A stretch of 64,000 bases of DNA from an uncultured Candidatus Rokubacteria bacterium (GCA_963743355.1 CAVUPM010000001.1:1510451-1574450); one strand, 5' to 3'. Numbered from the stretch's first letter, positions 14,203 through 25,794 are shown. The notes: generated by a model from the sequence alone, not told the origin. Translations and numbers: made by a program.

Positions 14203-14620
14203 ATGGCGAGAGTGGCGGGAGTCGATCTGCCGCGAGAGAAGCGCGGCGAAGTGGCGATTACGTACATCTACGGGATTGGGCGGGCGACCGCCAACCGGAT
14301 CCTGGCCAAGGCCAGTGTCGATCCGGGCAAGCGCGTGAAGGCCTGGAACGACGACGAGACCGCCCGTGTGCGGGAGATCATCGAGCGCGAGCTGAAGGTC
14401 GAGGGTGACCTGCGCCGCGACATCTCCATGAACGTCAAGCGGCTCATGGACATCGGCGGCGTATCGCGGCATCCGGCACCGCCGGGGATTGCCGGTCCGC
14501 GGCCAGCGCACCCACACCAACGCGCGGACGCGCAAGGGGCCGCGCAAGGGCGTGATGGTGAAGAAGAAGCCCACAGCGGCGGCACCCGCCCCGGCGGCCG
14601 CAGCGCCGAAGAAAGCATAG
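14203..14620 (+). CDS. rpsM: 30S ribosomal protein S13. A 1-nt insertion near 14455 disrupts the reading frame.
   Basis: [27 protein letters not shown]-terminus. After RLMDIGG the alternate frame reads [30 protein letters not shown]...KKA*. Confidence 0.87.
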
Positions 14621-14631
14621 GAGCCTGAGGC

Positions 14632-15039
14632 ATGGCAGAGCCGGCGAAGCCCGCTCCCCGGAAGAAGGGTGGCAAGAAGCGTGAGCGCCGTGAGGTGCGC
14701 ACCGGCGTGGCCCACGTGCAGGCCACGTTCAACAACACGATCGTGACGCTCACCGACAAGATGGGCAACGTGGTGTCGTGGTCGAGCGCGGGTAGCGCGG
14801 GGTTCAAGGGCTCGCGCAAGAGCACGCCGTTCGCCGCCCAGACGGCCGCCGAGATCGCCGCCCGCAAGGCGATGGAGTTCGGCCTCAAGCAGATCGAGGT
14901 CTTCGTGCGGGGGCCGGGCGCCGGCCGCGAGGCGGCCATCCGCTCGCTGCAGGCGGTCGGGCTCGAGATCACCGCGATCCGCGACGTCACCCCCATCCCC
15001 CACGACGGCTGCCGCCCGCCCAAGCGGCGGCGGGTGTAG
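14632..15039 (+). CDS. rpsK: 30S ribosomal protein S11
   Basis: 135 aa. [18 protein letters not shown]...[11 protein letters not shown]. Confidence 0.95.
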   Translation: MAEPAKPAPRKKGGKKRERREVRTGVAHVQATFNNTIVTLTDKMGNVVSWSSAGSAGFKGSRKSTPFAAQTAAEIAARKAMEFGLKQIEVFVRGPGAGREAAIRSLQAVGLEITAIRDVTPIPHDGCRPPKRRRV

Positions 15040-15051
15040 GGGAGGCCGACT

Positions 15052-15675
15052 ATGGCCCGATATCGTGACGCCAAGTGCCGGCTGTGCCGCCGCGAGGGCA
15101 TGAAGCTCTTTCTCAAGGGTGCCCGTTGCTTCACCGACAAGTGCGCGATCGAGCGGCGCAACTATCCGCCCGGCATGCACGGCCTGCAGCGCGGTAAGCT
15201 GACGCCGTACGGCGTGCAGCTGCGCGAGAAGCAGAAGGCCAAGCGGATCTACGGCGTGCTGGAGACCCAGTTCCGCAAGTACTTCCAGTGGGCCGAGAGC
15301 CAGAGGGGCGTCACGGGCGAGAACTTGCTCCGGCTGCTGGAGCTGCGTCTGGACAACGTCGTCTACCGCATGGGCTTCGCCGCCTCCCGGCGCGAGTCCC
15401 GGCAGATGGTCGCCCACGGCCACTTCCAGGTGAACGGACGCAAGGCCAGCGTGCCCTCGTTCCTGACCAAGGTCGGCGACGTGGTGGCGCTGCGGCCGAC
15501 CTCCAAGCTGGGCCCGCGCGCGGACGACAACGCCAACGCCGGCCGCGGCCAGATCCCGCAGTGGCTGGACGTCGATCTCAACGGCAAGAAGGCTGTCGTG
15601 CGGGGCCTGCCGCTCCGCGAGGACATCCAGATCCCCGTGTCCGAGCAACTGATCGTCGAGCTGTACAGCAAGTAA
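15052..15675 (+). CDS. rpsD: 30S ribosomal protein S4
   Basis: 207 aa. [22 protein letters not shown] zinc-finger N-terminus. Confidence 0.95.
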   Translation: MARYRDAKCRLCRREGMKLFLKGARCFTDKCAIERRNYPPGMHGLQRGKLTPYGVQLREKQKAKRIYGVLETQFRKYFQWAESQRGVTGENLLRLLELRLDNVVYRMGFAASRRESRQMVAHGHFQVNGRKASVPSFLTKVGDVVALRPTSKLGPRADDNANAGRGQIPQWLDVDLNGKKAVVRGLPLREDIQIPVSEQLIVELYSK

Positions 15676-15690
15676 GGAGGCCGGGGAAGC

Positions 15691-16671
15691 ATGCCACGCA
15701 TTCCGTTCCAGAAGCCGAAGAAGGTCGAGTGGGAGATCCTCAGCGACCGCTACGGCCGGCTGGTGGCCGAGCCGTTCGAGAAGGGCTACGCGCTGACCGT
15801 CGGCAACTCGCTCCGGCGCACGCTGCTGTCCATCGTGCCGGGGGCGGCGGTGGCCTGGGTGAAGATCGAGGGCGTCAAGCCCAACGATACCAAGATCACC
15901 GGCGTCACCGAGGGCCTCACCGACGTGTTGCTGAACCTCAAGAAGCTCGCGATCCAGGTGCCGTCGGACGAGCCGCGGGTGCTGCGCGTCGAGGTGACGG
16001 GTCCCAAGGACGTCAAGGGCGAGGACGTGCCCGAGACGGGTGCCGAGATCCTGAATCCCGAGGCGCACCTGTTCACGCTGGAGGCGGGCGCCCGGCTGAC
16101 CCTGGAGCTCGGCGTGGGCGTGGGTCGTCGCTACCAGGCGGCCGACCAGCCGGGCGGCGGGACGCCGGCCGGCGCCATTGCGCTCGACGCCGCCTACTCG
16201 CCGATCACGCGGGTGGCCTACAACGTCGAGATGTCCCGGCTGGGTAAGATCACCGACTACGAGAAGCTGGTGCTCGAGGTGTGGACGAACGGGGCGATCA
16301 GCCCCGACGACGCGCTGACCCGCGCCTCCACGTACCTGCGCGATCACTTCTCGCCGCTGGCGCCGGCCGGTGGCGACGAGGACGAGGAGGCGGAGGCGGG
16401 TGCCGGCGAGGCCTACCTGCGCGACGCCCTCGGCAAGACGCTGGAGGAGCTGGCGCTCCCGGCCCGGGCCATCAACGCGCTCAAGAGCGCCGAGCTGCAC
16501 CTGGTCGCCGATCTCGTGCAGAAGACCGAGGCCGACCTGGGCGAGGTCAAGAACCTCGGCGACAAGTCGATCGACGAGATCAAGATCGCCCTGGCCGCCC
16601 TCGGTCTCTCCCTCGGCATGCGCATCGACCCCAACGTGCTGGGAGCGCTGGGGCGTGGCGTTGCGAAGTGA
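15691..16671 (+). CDS. rpoA: DNA-directed RNA polymerase subunit alpha
   Basis: 326 aa. GYALTVGNSLRRTLLS N-terminal domain and C-terminal ...LELPARAINALKSAELHLVADLV helix-hairpin-helix. Confidence 0.94.
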   Translation: MPRIPFQKPKKVEWEILSDRYGRLVAEPFEKGYALTVGNSLRRTLLSIVPGAAVAWVKIEGVKPNDTKITGVTEGLTDVLLNLKKLAIQVPSDEPRVLRVEVTGPKDVKGEDVPETGAEILNPEAHLFTLEAGARLTLELGVGVGRRYQAADQPGGGTPAGAIALDAAYSPITRVAYNVEMSRLGKITDYEKLVLEVWTNGAISPDDALTRASTYLRDHFSPLAPAGGDEDEEAEAGAGEAYLRDALGKTLEELALPARAINALKSAELHLVADLVQKTEADLGEVKNLGDKSIDEIKIALAALGLSLGMRIDPNVLGALGRGVAK

Positions 16672-16725
16672 GCCGCGAATCCTAAATCTGGTGAAGTAAG
16701 TCGCGAATCTGTGAAGTAAGTCGCG
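16665..16725 (+). repeat. Three tandem ~17-20-nt direct repeats (GAAGTGAGCCGCGAATC, GAAGTAAGTCGCGAATC, GAAGTAAGTCGCG) spanning the rpoA stop and the rpoA-rplQ spacer
   Basis: Direct reading. Copies 2 and 3 (16691-16705 and 16711-16725) are 15/15 identical. The region has locally low GC. Confidence 0.5.
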
Positions 16726-16761
16726 CACCACCCGTAAATCGACATCGAAGATGAGGATCCG

Positions 16762-17241
16762 ATGAGGCACCGCAAGGACGGTTACAAGCTCGGCCGGCTC
16801 ACCCAGCACCGCTGGGCGATGTTCCGCAATCTGCTGACCGGATTGTTCCGCCACGAGCGCATCGAGACCACCGAGGCCAAGGCCAAGGCGATGCGCGGTC
16901 TGGCCGACCACGTCATCACGCTGGCCAAGCGCGAGAATCTTCACGCCCGCCGGCAGGTGCTGACCCTGGTGCCGGACACCGAGGTCGTGGGCCGCATTTT
17001 CGACACGATCGCCGCCCGTTTCTCCGATCGCAACGGTGGCTACACGCGGATCATCAAGACCCGCGTCCGCCACGGCGACGCCGCCCCCATGGTGCTGCTC
17101 GAGCTGGTCGACCGCGCCGACACCCCCAAGGACGGCGACGGTAAGGGCGACAAGAAGAGGGCCCCGAAGGGCGAGAAGGGCCAGGCGGGAGCTGGCGGCA
17201 AGCGGAAGAAGCGCGAGAAGGCGGCGGCCGCCGCCGGCTAG
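16762..17241 (+). CDS. rplQ: 50S ribosomal protein L17, with Lys/Gly/Ala-rich C-terminal extension
   Basis: 159 aa. The N-terminal 115 aa are canonical L17 (HRKDGYKLGR...). The tail reads DGDGKGDKKRAPKGEKGQAGAGGKRKKREK. Confidence 0.93.
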   Translation: MRHRKDGYKLGRLTQHRWAMFRNLLTGLFRHERIETTEAKAKAMRGLADHVITLAKRENLHARRQVLTLVPDTEVVGRIFDTIAARFSDRNGGYTRIIKTRVRHGDAAPMVLLELVDRADTPKDGDGKGDKKRAPKGEKGQAGAGGKRKKREKAAAAAG

Positions 17242-17250
17242 CGCGCGGCG

Positions 17251-18459
17251 CTACGCGGGCTCGCGCTCGCGGTCGATGGCGGGGCTGGCGACCACCGTGG
17301 CGGTCGTGACGATCGTCGCCAGCGCCGCGAACACGGCCCACGGCACCGCGTAGGAGTCCGAGCGCACGAGGAGCAGGCCGAACACGGCCGGCCCCACCAG
17401 CAGCCCGACCACGATCGCCGCGAACGCGACCCCGCTCAGCAGACCGGCCGCCCGGTGCCCGCCCACCTCCGCGCTGACGATGAAGAAGATCCCGACCCAC
17501 CCGTAGGCGCCCACCCCGCTCGCGAAGGCCAGCACGCCCGCCAGCAGCGGCGTCGTGACGAACCACGCGGCGTAGGCCGCGAAGATGATCGCGCCGATGG
17601 CCCCGGTGAGCGCCAGCCACAGCGAGCGCCGTCCGGCGAGCCAGCGGTCGCTGGCGGCGCCGAGGGCCAGGCGCGACACGGCGCCCCCGGCCTGCGAGCA
17701 GGCCACCAGCAGCCCGGCGCCGATGGCGTCGAAGCCGAGCGCCTGGACGGCGTAGAGCGGCAGGTAGCTCAGCACGGCCGCCTGCACCATCCCGAGGGCG
17801 AGCCCGCTGGCGAAGAAGACGACCAGCGCCGGTCGCCCGAGCCACCACCAGCTGCTCGAGCCGGTCACTGCGTCGTCGTCGGGGCCGGGCGGCGGGGCGC
17901 CGCTCCCGAGCGGGGCGAGCGCGCGCCAGGTCAGCGCCACCGGCAGCGCCACCACAGCGCCGCAGGTGACGATGGCGGCGCGCCAGCCCAGGGCGGCGGC
18001 GATGGCTGGCAGGACCAGCGCGGCGACGAAGCCCCCCAGCGTGAGGCCCATCTGCTTGATACCCATCGCGATGCCGCGCTCGCGGGCCGGGAAGAGGTCG
18101 ATGATGGCCCGACCGAGCGCCGGATTGACGACGCTCCACCCGATGCCGGCCACGAACAGGGAGAAGAGGAACGTGTGAAAGCTCGAGGACCACGCCCCCC
18201 CGACGAGGCCGGCGGCGCCGAGCGCCAGGCCGCCCAGGAAGCTCTTCCGCACGCCGAGCCGGTCGGCCAGGCGCCCGCCCGGCAGGGAGAAGAAGAGGCC
18301 GCCGACGTAGATCGACGGGACGATGAACGCGACCTGCAGACGCGTCAGCGCGAAGCCGTCCACGAGGCTGGGCGACAGCGGCGAGATGCCGAGCATCCCG
18401 AAGGCGCCGGCGCCGTAGGACGTGGTGAGGACGGCGAGCAGGAACCAGCGCGCCGCCAC
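17251..18459 (-). CDS. MFS transporter
   Basis: 402 aa, about 12 predicted TM helices. GGRLADRLGVRK MFS motif A. Convergent with rplQ, 10 nt apart. Confidence 0.8.
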   Translation of the reverse strand: MAARWFLLAVLTTSYGAGAFGMLGISPLSPSLVDGFALTRLQVAFIVPSIYVGGLFFSLPGGRLADRLGVRKSFLGGLALGAAGLVGGAWSSSFHTFLFSLFVAGIGWSVVNPALGRAIIDLFPARERGIAMGIKQMGLTLGGFVAALVLPAIAAALGWRAAIVTCGAVVALPVALTWRALAPLGSGAPPPGPDDDAVTGSSSWWWLGRPALVVFFASGLALGMVQAAVLSYLPLYAVQALGFDAIGAGLLVACSQAGGAVSRLALGAASDRWLAGRRSLWLALTGAIGAIIFAAYAAWFVTTPLLAGVLAFASGVGAYGWVGIFFIVSAEVGGHRAAGLLSGVAFAAIVVGLLVGPAVFGLLLVRSDSYAVPWAVFAALATIVTTATVVASPAIDREREPA

Positions 18460-18797
18460 TAGGGGACGGGGACGATGACCCGCTCCTCCGCGGTGAACGT
18501 CTTGATCCGGCCGATGAAGAGCGCGCCGTCGGCGTGCAGGGCCTTCGCCTCGGCCGAGGCCAGGGCGCGGGCCATGCTCTCGCGATCGTCGTACCAGAGC
18601 TCGGCGATGCCGTCGACCTCGACGTCCAGCGCCGGGATGTCCGGACGCCGACGCTCCTCCACGATGTGGGACTGCACGTAGCGCCGCAGACCCGGCACCG
18701 CGTGGGCGAGCGGCGCGTGCACGTCGACCCAGTGCCTGACGAATTGCTCGTGCGTCATCCCGGCCTTGCGGGTCAGCAGCGAAATGCTCTTGATCAC
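18459..18797 (-). CDS. EthD-family protein (stress-responsive alpha+beta barrel)
   Basis: GTG start preceded by GGAGGG (VIKSISLLTRKAGMTHEQFVRHW...). The upstream part of the 151-aa ORF is Arg/Ser junk. Confidence 0.6.
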   Translation of the reverse strand: MIKSISLLTRKAGMTHEQFVRHWVDVHAPLAHAVPGLRRYVQSHIVEERRRPDIPALDVEVDGIAELWYDDRESMARALASAEAKALHADGALFIGRIKTFTAEERVIVPVP

Positions 18798-18917
18798 GAC
18801 CTGTGTCCCTCCAGGGATGGCTCGTCGGTCACGGGGCGATCGGGAACGTGCGGCGGACCGGGAGCCGGGGCCAGGGCGCGGCGACGTGGCCCCCGACTCC
18901 CGGCCCGCGCGCACCGG

Positions 18918-19592
18918 TTACGTGAGATTCTGGCGGAAGTGCGCGAGCGTGCGACGCCAGGCGTCGTCGGCCGCCGCCTTGTTGTAGACGTCGGGGCGCT
19001 CGTCGTTGAAGAATCCGTGGTCGACGTTCGGATAGACGTTGATCTCCGACTGCTTGCCGGCCTTCTTGATGGCGGCGTCGGTGTCCTTGGCCACCTGCGG
19101 CGTCACGAAGCCGTCCTTCTCGGCGAAGAGGCCGAGCACCGGCCCCGACAGCTTTGAATAGTCCGGCTTGACGTTGGGATGAATCCCGTAGAAGTTCACG
19201 ACCGCGCCCACGCTGGGATTCAGCGTCCCCGCGAACAATGCGAGCTGACCGCCCATGCAGAAACCGACCGCGCCGAGCTTGGCCGTGGTCGAGTGCTGGG
19301 CCAGGTACGTCGCCGCGCCGCGCAGGTCCTTCTCGGCCTGGCCGATGTTGAGCGCCATGAACAGCTTGCCGGCGCCGTCGGGCTCGCTGGCGGTCTGGCC
19401 GTGGTACATGTCGGGCGCCAGCGCCGAGAAGCCCTCGGCGGCGAGGCGGTCGCAGACGTTCTTGATGTGCTGCACGAGACCCCACCACTCCTGGATGACC
19501 AGGACGCCCGGGCCCTTGCCCGAGGCGGGCATGGCCAGGTAGCCCTTGGTCGAGGCACCGTTCGAGGGGAAATCGACCATCTTGCTGGGCAT
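18918..19592 (-). CDS. dienelactone hydrolase family protein
   Basis: 224 aa. GVLVIQEWWG, nucleophile motif GFCMGG, C-terminal VDHGF. Confidence 0.85.
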   Translation of the reverse strand: MPSKMVDFPSNGASTKGYLAMPASGKGPGVLVIQEWWGLVQHIKNVCDRLAAEGFSALAPDMYHGQTASEPDGAGKLFMALNIGQAEKDLRGAATYLAQHSTTAKLGAVGFCMGGQLALFAGTLNPSVGAVVNFYGIHPNVKPDYSKLSGPVLGLFAEKDGFVTPQVAKDTDAAIKKAGKQSEINVYPNVDHGFFNDERPDVYNKAAADDAWRRTLAHFRQNLT

Positions 19593-19620
19593 CGTCGTCC
19601 TCCTTCGCTGAAGGGTGCGG

Positions 19621-20880
19621 CTAGGCGGCGCCGGCGGTCGGGGCCGGCGCCGTCGGGGGAGCGATCTTCACGGCCTTCACCCGGCGGGCGTCGGCCTCGA
19701 GCACGGTGATTGTATAGCCGGGGATCTGGAATTCCTCGCCGGTCCGGGGGATCCGGTGCAGCGTCGCCAGCACGAGCCCGGCCACCGTCTCGTACTCCTG
19801 CTTGGGCAGGTTCCAGTCGAGCGCCTCGTTCAGCTCGTCGATGTGCGTCCGGGCCGCCACCCAGTAGCTGCCGTCGGGGAGCCGCTCGACGGAGGCCGGC
19901 GTGCGGTCGTGCTCGTCCTGGATCTCGCCGACGATCTGCTCGACGATGTCCTCCAGCGTCACGATCCCGGTGGCGCCGCCGTACTCGTCGACGACGACGG
20001 CGAGCTGGTTGCGGCCCTTCTGCATCTCGCGCAGCAGGTCGTCGATGCGCTTGGTCTCGGGGACGAAGGTCGGCTGGCGCATCAGCTCGGTCACGCCGCG
20101 CACCTGGCCTCCGCGCCGCAGCAGGTCCATGGCGGTGACGATGCCGACCACGTTGGTCTCGCGCTGGCTGTAGATCGGGATCCGCGAGAACCCGCGTTGC
20201 CGCACCGCCGCGATGGCCTCGGCGGCGGTGGCGGTGTCGGGCAGCATCACCACGTCGACCAGCGGGACCATCACCTCCCGCACGGTGGTGTCGCCGAGGT
20301 CGAAGATCTTGTCGATCATCTCGGCCTCCTGCGTGCTGACCGAGACCTCACCGGGCTCGAGCTGGAGCAGCGCCTTCAGCTCTTCCCGGGAGACGAACTG
20401 GCGCGTGTCCACGCGGGGGCCCCCGCAGGCGCGCAGGACGGCGGTGACCACGGCGTTGGCCAGGGCCACGAACGGCGTGAGGGCCATCGAGGCCCAGGTC
20501 AGCGGCCGGTAGACCTTCAGGATGAGGCTGGTCGCCCACTCACGCGCCACCGCCTTCGGGATGATCTCGCCGAAGACCAGCATGATCGGCGTCAGCGCGG
20601 CGGTGCTCACCACCCACGCCAGGCCGCCGAGGGTGGGCAGCAGCGCGAAGGTCAGCGCGGAGCCGGCCACGATGTGAGCGATGGTGACGCCCATCATCGC
20701 CGTCGAGAGCACGCGCTCCGGATGACGGAAGTCCTCGAGGTAGCGGGCGGCGGTCGTGCTCCCCTCGGCGGCGAGGTGACGCAGGCGCAGCCGGTTGGCC
20801 GCGATGAACGCCATCTCGGCGGCCGAGAAGAACATGGTGACCAGCAGGCAGAGCGCGGCCAGCCAGAGCAGTCCCGTCAC
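19621..20880 (-). CDS. CNNM/HlyC/CorC-family membrane protein (DUF21-CBS pair-CorC_HlyC)
   Basis: 419 aa with 4 N-terminal TM helices, CBS pair and CorC C-terminal domain. Confidence 0.85.
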   Translation of the reverse strand: MTGLLWLAALCLLVTMFFSAAEMAFIAANRLRLRHLAAEGSTTAARYLEDFRHPERVLSTAMMGVTIAHIVAGSALTFALLPTLGGLAWVVSTAALTPIMLVFGEIIPKAVAREWATSLILKVYRPLTWASMALTPFVALANAVVTAVLRACGGPRVDTRQFVSREELKALLQLEPGEVSVSTQEAEMIDKIFDLGDTTVREVMVPLVDVVMLPDTATAAEAIAAVRQRGFSRIPIYSQRETNVVGIVTAMDLLRRGGQVRGVTELMRQPTFVPETKRIDDLLREMQKGRNQLAVVVDEYGGATGIVTLEDIVEQIVGEIQDEHDRTPASVERLPDGSYWVAARTHIDELNEALDWNLPKQEYETVAGLVLATLHRIPRTGEEFQIPGYTITVLEADARRVKAVKIAPPTAPAPTAGAA

Positions 20881-22155
20881 GCTGCCGCCTCCGCGGACAC
20901 CGGCTTGCGCAGGGCGATGAGCACCTCGACCACGCGGGTGCGTTCGACCTTCTCGACGGTGACGACCAGCTCCGGCGTCTCCCGCCGCTCGCCCTTGCGC
21001 GGCACGCGTCCGAAGAGGTCGAGCACCCAGCCCCCGACCGTGTCGTAGGCCTCGTTGGAGAGGCTGAGCCCGGTGGCGGTGTTGAGGTCCTCGACCGGGA
21101 GCTTGCCCGAGACGCGGAACGTGGACTCGTCGAGTCGCTGGATCAGGCGCTCCGGCTCGTCGTACTCGTCGGCGATCTCCCCGACCAGCTCCTCCAGCAG
21201 GTCCTCCAGCGCCACCAGCCCGGCCGTGCCCCCGTACTCGTCGACCACGATGGCCATGTGGAGCTTCTTGGCCTGGAACTCCTGCAGCAGCGCGTCGGCG
21301 CGCTTGGACTCCGGCACGAAGTACGGCGGGTGCAGGTGCGCGCGCAGGTCGAAGTCGAGCGGCAGGCCGGTGGCGACGTAGGGCAGCAGGTCCTTGGTGT
21401 AGAGAATGCCGACGACGACGTCGAGCGAGCCCTCGTAGACCGGCACCCGCGAGTGGAGGTTCTCGCGCAGCGCGGGCAGGATCTTCTCCCGGGGCGTGTC
21501 GATGGGCAGGCAGAACATGTCGGTGCGCGGCACCATCACCGAACGCACCAGCGTGTCCTCCAGCTCGAAGACCTTGTGGATCATCTCGCGCTCCGCGCGC
21601 TCGACGACCCCCTCGCTGGCGCCGACGTCGACCAGCGTGCGCAGCTCCTCCTCGCTCAGCTCCGGCTGGCCGTGGCGGTCGCGGCCGACGAGCTGCACGG
21701 TCAGGCGGGTGAGGCTGGCCAACACGGCGCGTACCGGCGCCAGCGCCGCGCCCAGCCAGGCCACCGGCCGTCCCACCACCGCCAGGAAGCGCTCGGGATA
21801 CTTCACCGCCAGCGTCATCGGCAGCACTTCACCGAAGGTCGTGAGCATCACGATCATGCCGAGCATTTCCACCACGGGCCCGAGCGTCGGGCCCACGAGC
21901 TGGTGGGCGAGGTGCGCGGCCAGGCCGGCGCCGCCGATGTTGATCAGCGTGATGCCGACCAGCAGCGTGACCAGGAGATCGTGCGGGCGCTCGATCAGCA
22001 CGGGCGGGCCGCCGCTGCCGCCGCTGCGGTCGGTCATTCGAGCCAGGCGCGCGCGCCCCAGGGAGAAGTAGGCAGCCTCGGCGCCCGTCAGCAGCGCCGA
22101 GCAGACGACCAGCGCCACCAGGGCGAGGAGCTGCAGGACCACGCTGTCGATCACG
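20877..22155 (-). CDS. CNNM/HlyC/CorC-family membrane protein, second tandem paralog
   Basis: Same architecture as the upstream CNNM gene. The likely GTG start (VIDSVVLQLLAL) overlaps the thiL stop as GTGA. The upstream part of the 560-aa ORF is low-complexity. Confidence 0.8.
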
Positions 22156-23181
22156 CGCCCGCTCCGCTCGCCGCCGCCCGGGCGGCGAAGTGCTCGTACC
22201 CGCGGGCCACGGGCACCTCGCGGCCACCCGACGACCACCGCACGGCTGGGGCCGCGGTGACCTCGCCGATCGGCGTCAGCCGGGTGCCGCACGCCTCCGC
22301 CAGTCCCCCCTGCAGCCGCGCGAGCGCCCCCGGCTCGCAGGTGAGCAGCAGCTCGTAGTCCTCGCCGCCGCCCGTGGCCCAGGCCCTCGGATCGGCCCCC
22401 AGCGCGGCGGCGACCGCGCGCGTGGCCCCGTCGATCGGCAGCCGGTCGACGTCGACGCCGGCGCCCACGCCGCTCTCGCCGAGCAGGCGGGGCAGATCGA
22501 GCCCCAGCCCGTCGGAGAGATCCATCATCGCGGTCACGCCGCCGGCTGCCGCCAGCCACTCGCCCTCGCGCACCCGCGGCTGCGGCCGCAGGTGGGCGCC
22601 CGTGACCTCGGCGAGCTGGGCCGCGTCGACCCCGGCCGGCGCCGTCCCGCGCTCGAGCACCGCGAGCCCGGCGGCCGCGCGTCCCAGCGCGCCGGTGACG
22701 GCGATGGCGTCGCCCGCGCGGGCGGTCGAGCGCAACCGCGGCGCGATGGCCTCGCCGAGGAGGGTCACGTTGATCATCCAGCCGGCCGGCGAGGCCGAGG
22801 TGTCGCCGCCGACGATGGCGACGGCGTGCGCCCTCGCCAGGGCCAGCGCGCCCTCGTAGAACGCGGCGATCTCCTCGGCACCGGTGCCCTCGGGACAGGC
22901 CAGCGCGACCAGCGCCCAGCGCGGCCGCCCGCCCATCGCGGCGATGTCCGAGAGATTCACGGCCAGCGACTTCCAGCCGATGTCCGCGGGCTCGGCCCAG
23001 CGGCGCCGGAAGTGGACGTCCTCCAGGAGCAGGTCGGTCGTGGCCAACAGCGAGACCCCGGGCTGGGTTTCGAGCACCGCGCAGTCGTCACCGATGCCGA
23101 CCCGAACGCCGGCGCCGCCCGCGGACGCCGTCAGCGCGCGGATCGTGCGGACGAGCGCCTCTTCACCGCCTCGGTCGCCGC

Positions 23182-23195
<14 letters not shown>
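22151..23195 (-). CDS. thiL: thiamine-monophosphate kinase
   Basis: 348 aa from MSGDRGGEEALV. IGDDCAV AIR-synthase-related fold. Confidence 0.85.
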
Positions 23196-23765
<570 letters not shown>

Positions 23766-23769
<4 letters not shown>

Positions 23770-25223
23770 GACCGACCCGAGGTCGCGGCCATCCGAAGCG
23801 CCAGGACGAGGCCGCGGGCTTTGGAGCACGTCTCCAGCCACTCCGTCTTCGGATCCGAGTCCGCCACGATGCCGGCACCGACCTGGATCGACGCCCGGTG
23901 TCCGTGACACACGATCGTGCGGATCGTGATGCAGGAGTCGAGATTGCCGGAGTACGAGACGTAGCCGACGGCGCCGGCGTAGGGGCCACGCTGGGTCGGC
24001 TCGATCTCGTCGATGATCTCCATGGCGCGGATCTTCGGCGCGCCCGACACCGTGCCGGCGGGGAAGCACGCGCGCAGCACGTCGAAGGCGTCGCAGCCCC
24101 GCTTCAGCGTGCCGACCACGTGGCTGACCAGGTGCATGACGTGCGAGTACCGCTCCGTTTCCATGAACTCGGTGACCCTGACCGAGCCCAGCTCGGAGAT
24201 CCGCCCCACGTCGTTGCGGCCGAGATCGACCAGCATCACGTGCTCGGCGCGTTCCTTGGGGTCGGTCTTCATCATCTGCTCGATCGCCTGGTCCTGCGCC
24301 TCGGTGGCGCCGCGCGGGTGAGTGCCGGCGATCGGCCGCTCCTCCACCCGGTCGCCCTCGACCCGCACCAGGACCTCGGGCGAGGAGCCGACGATCGTCG
24401 TGGGGCCCAGGCGCAGGTAGAAGAGGTACGGCGAGGGGTTGATCGTGCGCAGCGCCCGGTAGACCGTGAACGGGTCCGTCTCCAGCGGGTAGTCGAGGCG
24501 GCGCGCCAGCACGACCTGGTAGGCGTCGCCGGCCGCGATGTACTCCTTGGCGCGCCGGACGGCGTCGCTGAACGCCGGCTCGTCCAGCGTGGAGGTGAAT
24601 CCGTCCTCGCCCAGGGCGAGCAGAGGCCCCGGAGCGGGCAGGGTGAGCGCGGTAGCCGAGCGGGCCGGCCGCGCAAGCTTCGCCAGCGTCATGCCGATGC
24701 GTACCGCTGCTTGATCGTAGGCGCGGTCGAGTGCTGCCGGATCGCGCTGGTCGACGTTGGCGTTGGCGATCACCAGCAGGCGGTGGCGCAGGTTGTCGAA
24801 CACCAGCAAGGTGTCGCTGAACATGAAGACGGCGTCCGGCAAGCCCAGGTCGTCCCGGGTCCGTCGTGGCAGCCGCTCCATGTGCCGGACCATGTCGTAG
24901 GCGAGATAGCCGACGGCTCCGCCCTGGAAGCGAGGCAGCCCGGGGACCGCGACCGGGCGAAAGTCAGCGAGCAGTCGGCGCAGCGCCTCCAGGGGATCGC
25001 CGTCGGGCAACCGTTCGGGCCGTCCGGCGCCGCGTCTGAGGGTGATCCGACCGTCCTTGGCGGTCAGGACCATGCGGGGGTCCGTCCCCAGGAAGGAGTA
25101 CCGCGCCCATACCTCGCCGCCTTCGACCGACTCGAGCAGGAAAGAATACGGACCCGGCCGCAGCCGCAAGTAGGCGGACAGCGGGGTATCCAGGTCCGCC
25201 GCAAGCTCGGCGAACACAGGCAC
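23766..25223 (-). CDS. trpE: anthranilate synthase component I
   Basis: 485 aa. Chorismate-binding domain (GAVGYVSYSGNLDSCITIRT, LVDLGRNDVGR). Confidence 0.92.
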
Positions 25224-25325
25224 GAGATTCCCCTGACCCGCGAGGTCGCGAAACTCCTCTCGGGTGGGGGAGAGGGATGGGATTCCTATGCCGGCGGAAC
25301 TGATGCGAAGCTCAGCGACGACGCG

Positions 25326-25658
25326 CTACACGGCCAGCGCGTCCAGCTTCTCCTTCAGCTTGGCCTTGGGTACGGCGCCGATCACCTGATCGACCACCTT
25401 CCCGGCCTTGAGAAACAGGATCGTCGGGATCGAACGGATACCGTAGCGGCCGGCCAGTGCGTGGTTCTCGTCGACGTTGACCTTGGCCAGGGTTACGCGG
25501 CCCGCCGACTCACGCGCGAGGTCCTCGAGAACGGGTGCGATGGCCCGGCAGGGGCCGCACCACTCGGCCCAGAAATCCACCATGAGCACTCCCTGATGGC
25601 CAGTCAGGGTCTCGTCGAAATTCGCTTCCGTCAGGTGGACCGTCCCCGAGTCACTCAT
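25326..25658 (-). CDS. trxA: thioredoxin
   Basis: 110 aa. WAEWCGPCR active site. Confidence 0.95.
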   Translation of the reverse strand: MSDSGTVHLTEANFDETLTGHQGVLMVDFWAEWCGPCRAIAPVLEDLARESAGRVTLAKVNVDENHALAGRYGIRSIPTILFLKAGKVVDQVIGAVPKAKLKEKLDALAV

Positions 25659-25794
25659 TCAGCGCTCCCCTAAAGTAAAAAGTCAACGTCAACGCTAACA
25701 TGGCGGGCGGGCCGGCGCAACTTCCCGGACCGGCCCGGGCCTCATGGTTACCCTGCCAGCTTGGCACCCCGTCATGCTAGAGTCGATTCTACTC

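Noticed and set aside
16665-16725. CRISPR-like array
   Set aside because: Only 2-3 short (15-17 nt) imperfect repeats with 5-11-nt spacers. No cas genes anywhere in the window.
14053-17073. 1006-aa minus-strand ORF antisense to rpsM-rpsK-rpsD-rpoA-rplQ. Similar giant antisense ORFs occur at 1567-2382, 3340-4188, 28395-30185, 33938-36331 and 47037-48344.
   Set aside because: Arg/Ala/Gly-rich low-complexity translations lying opposite highly conserved genes. They are expected stop-codon-poor artefacts at about 70% GC.
25224-25325. trp leader, attenuator or T-box upstream of trpE
   Set aside because: No Trp-codon-rich leader peptide or terminator/antiterminator pair is evident in the 100-nt region.
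25720-25745. Possible second sigma54 promoter (TGGCAC-cccgt-cATGC) upstream of the regulator gene
   Set aside because: The GG-to-GC spacing is 11 rather than 10, and the -12 region is poor. Probably a chance match.
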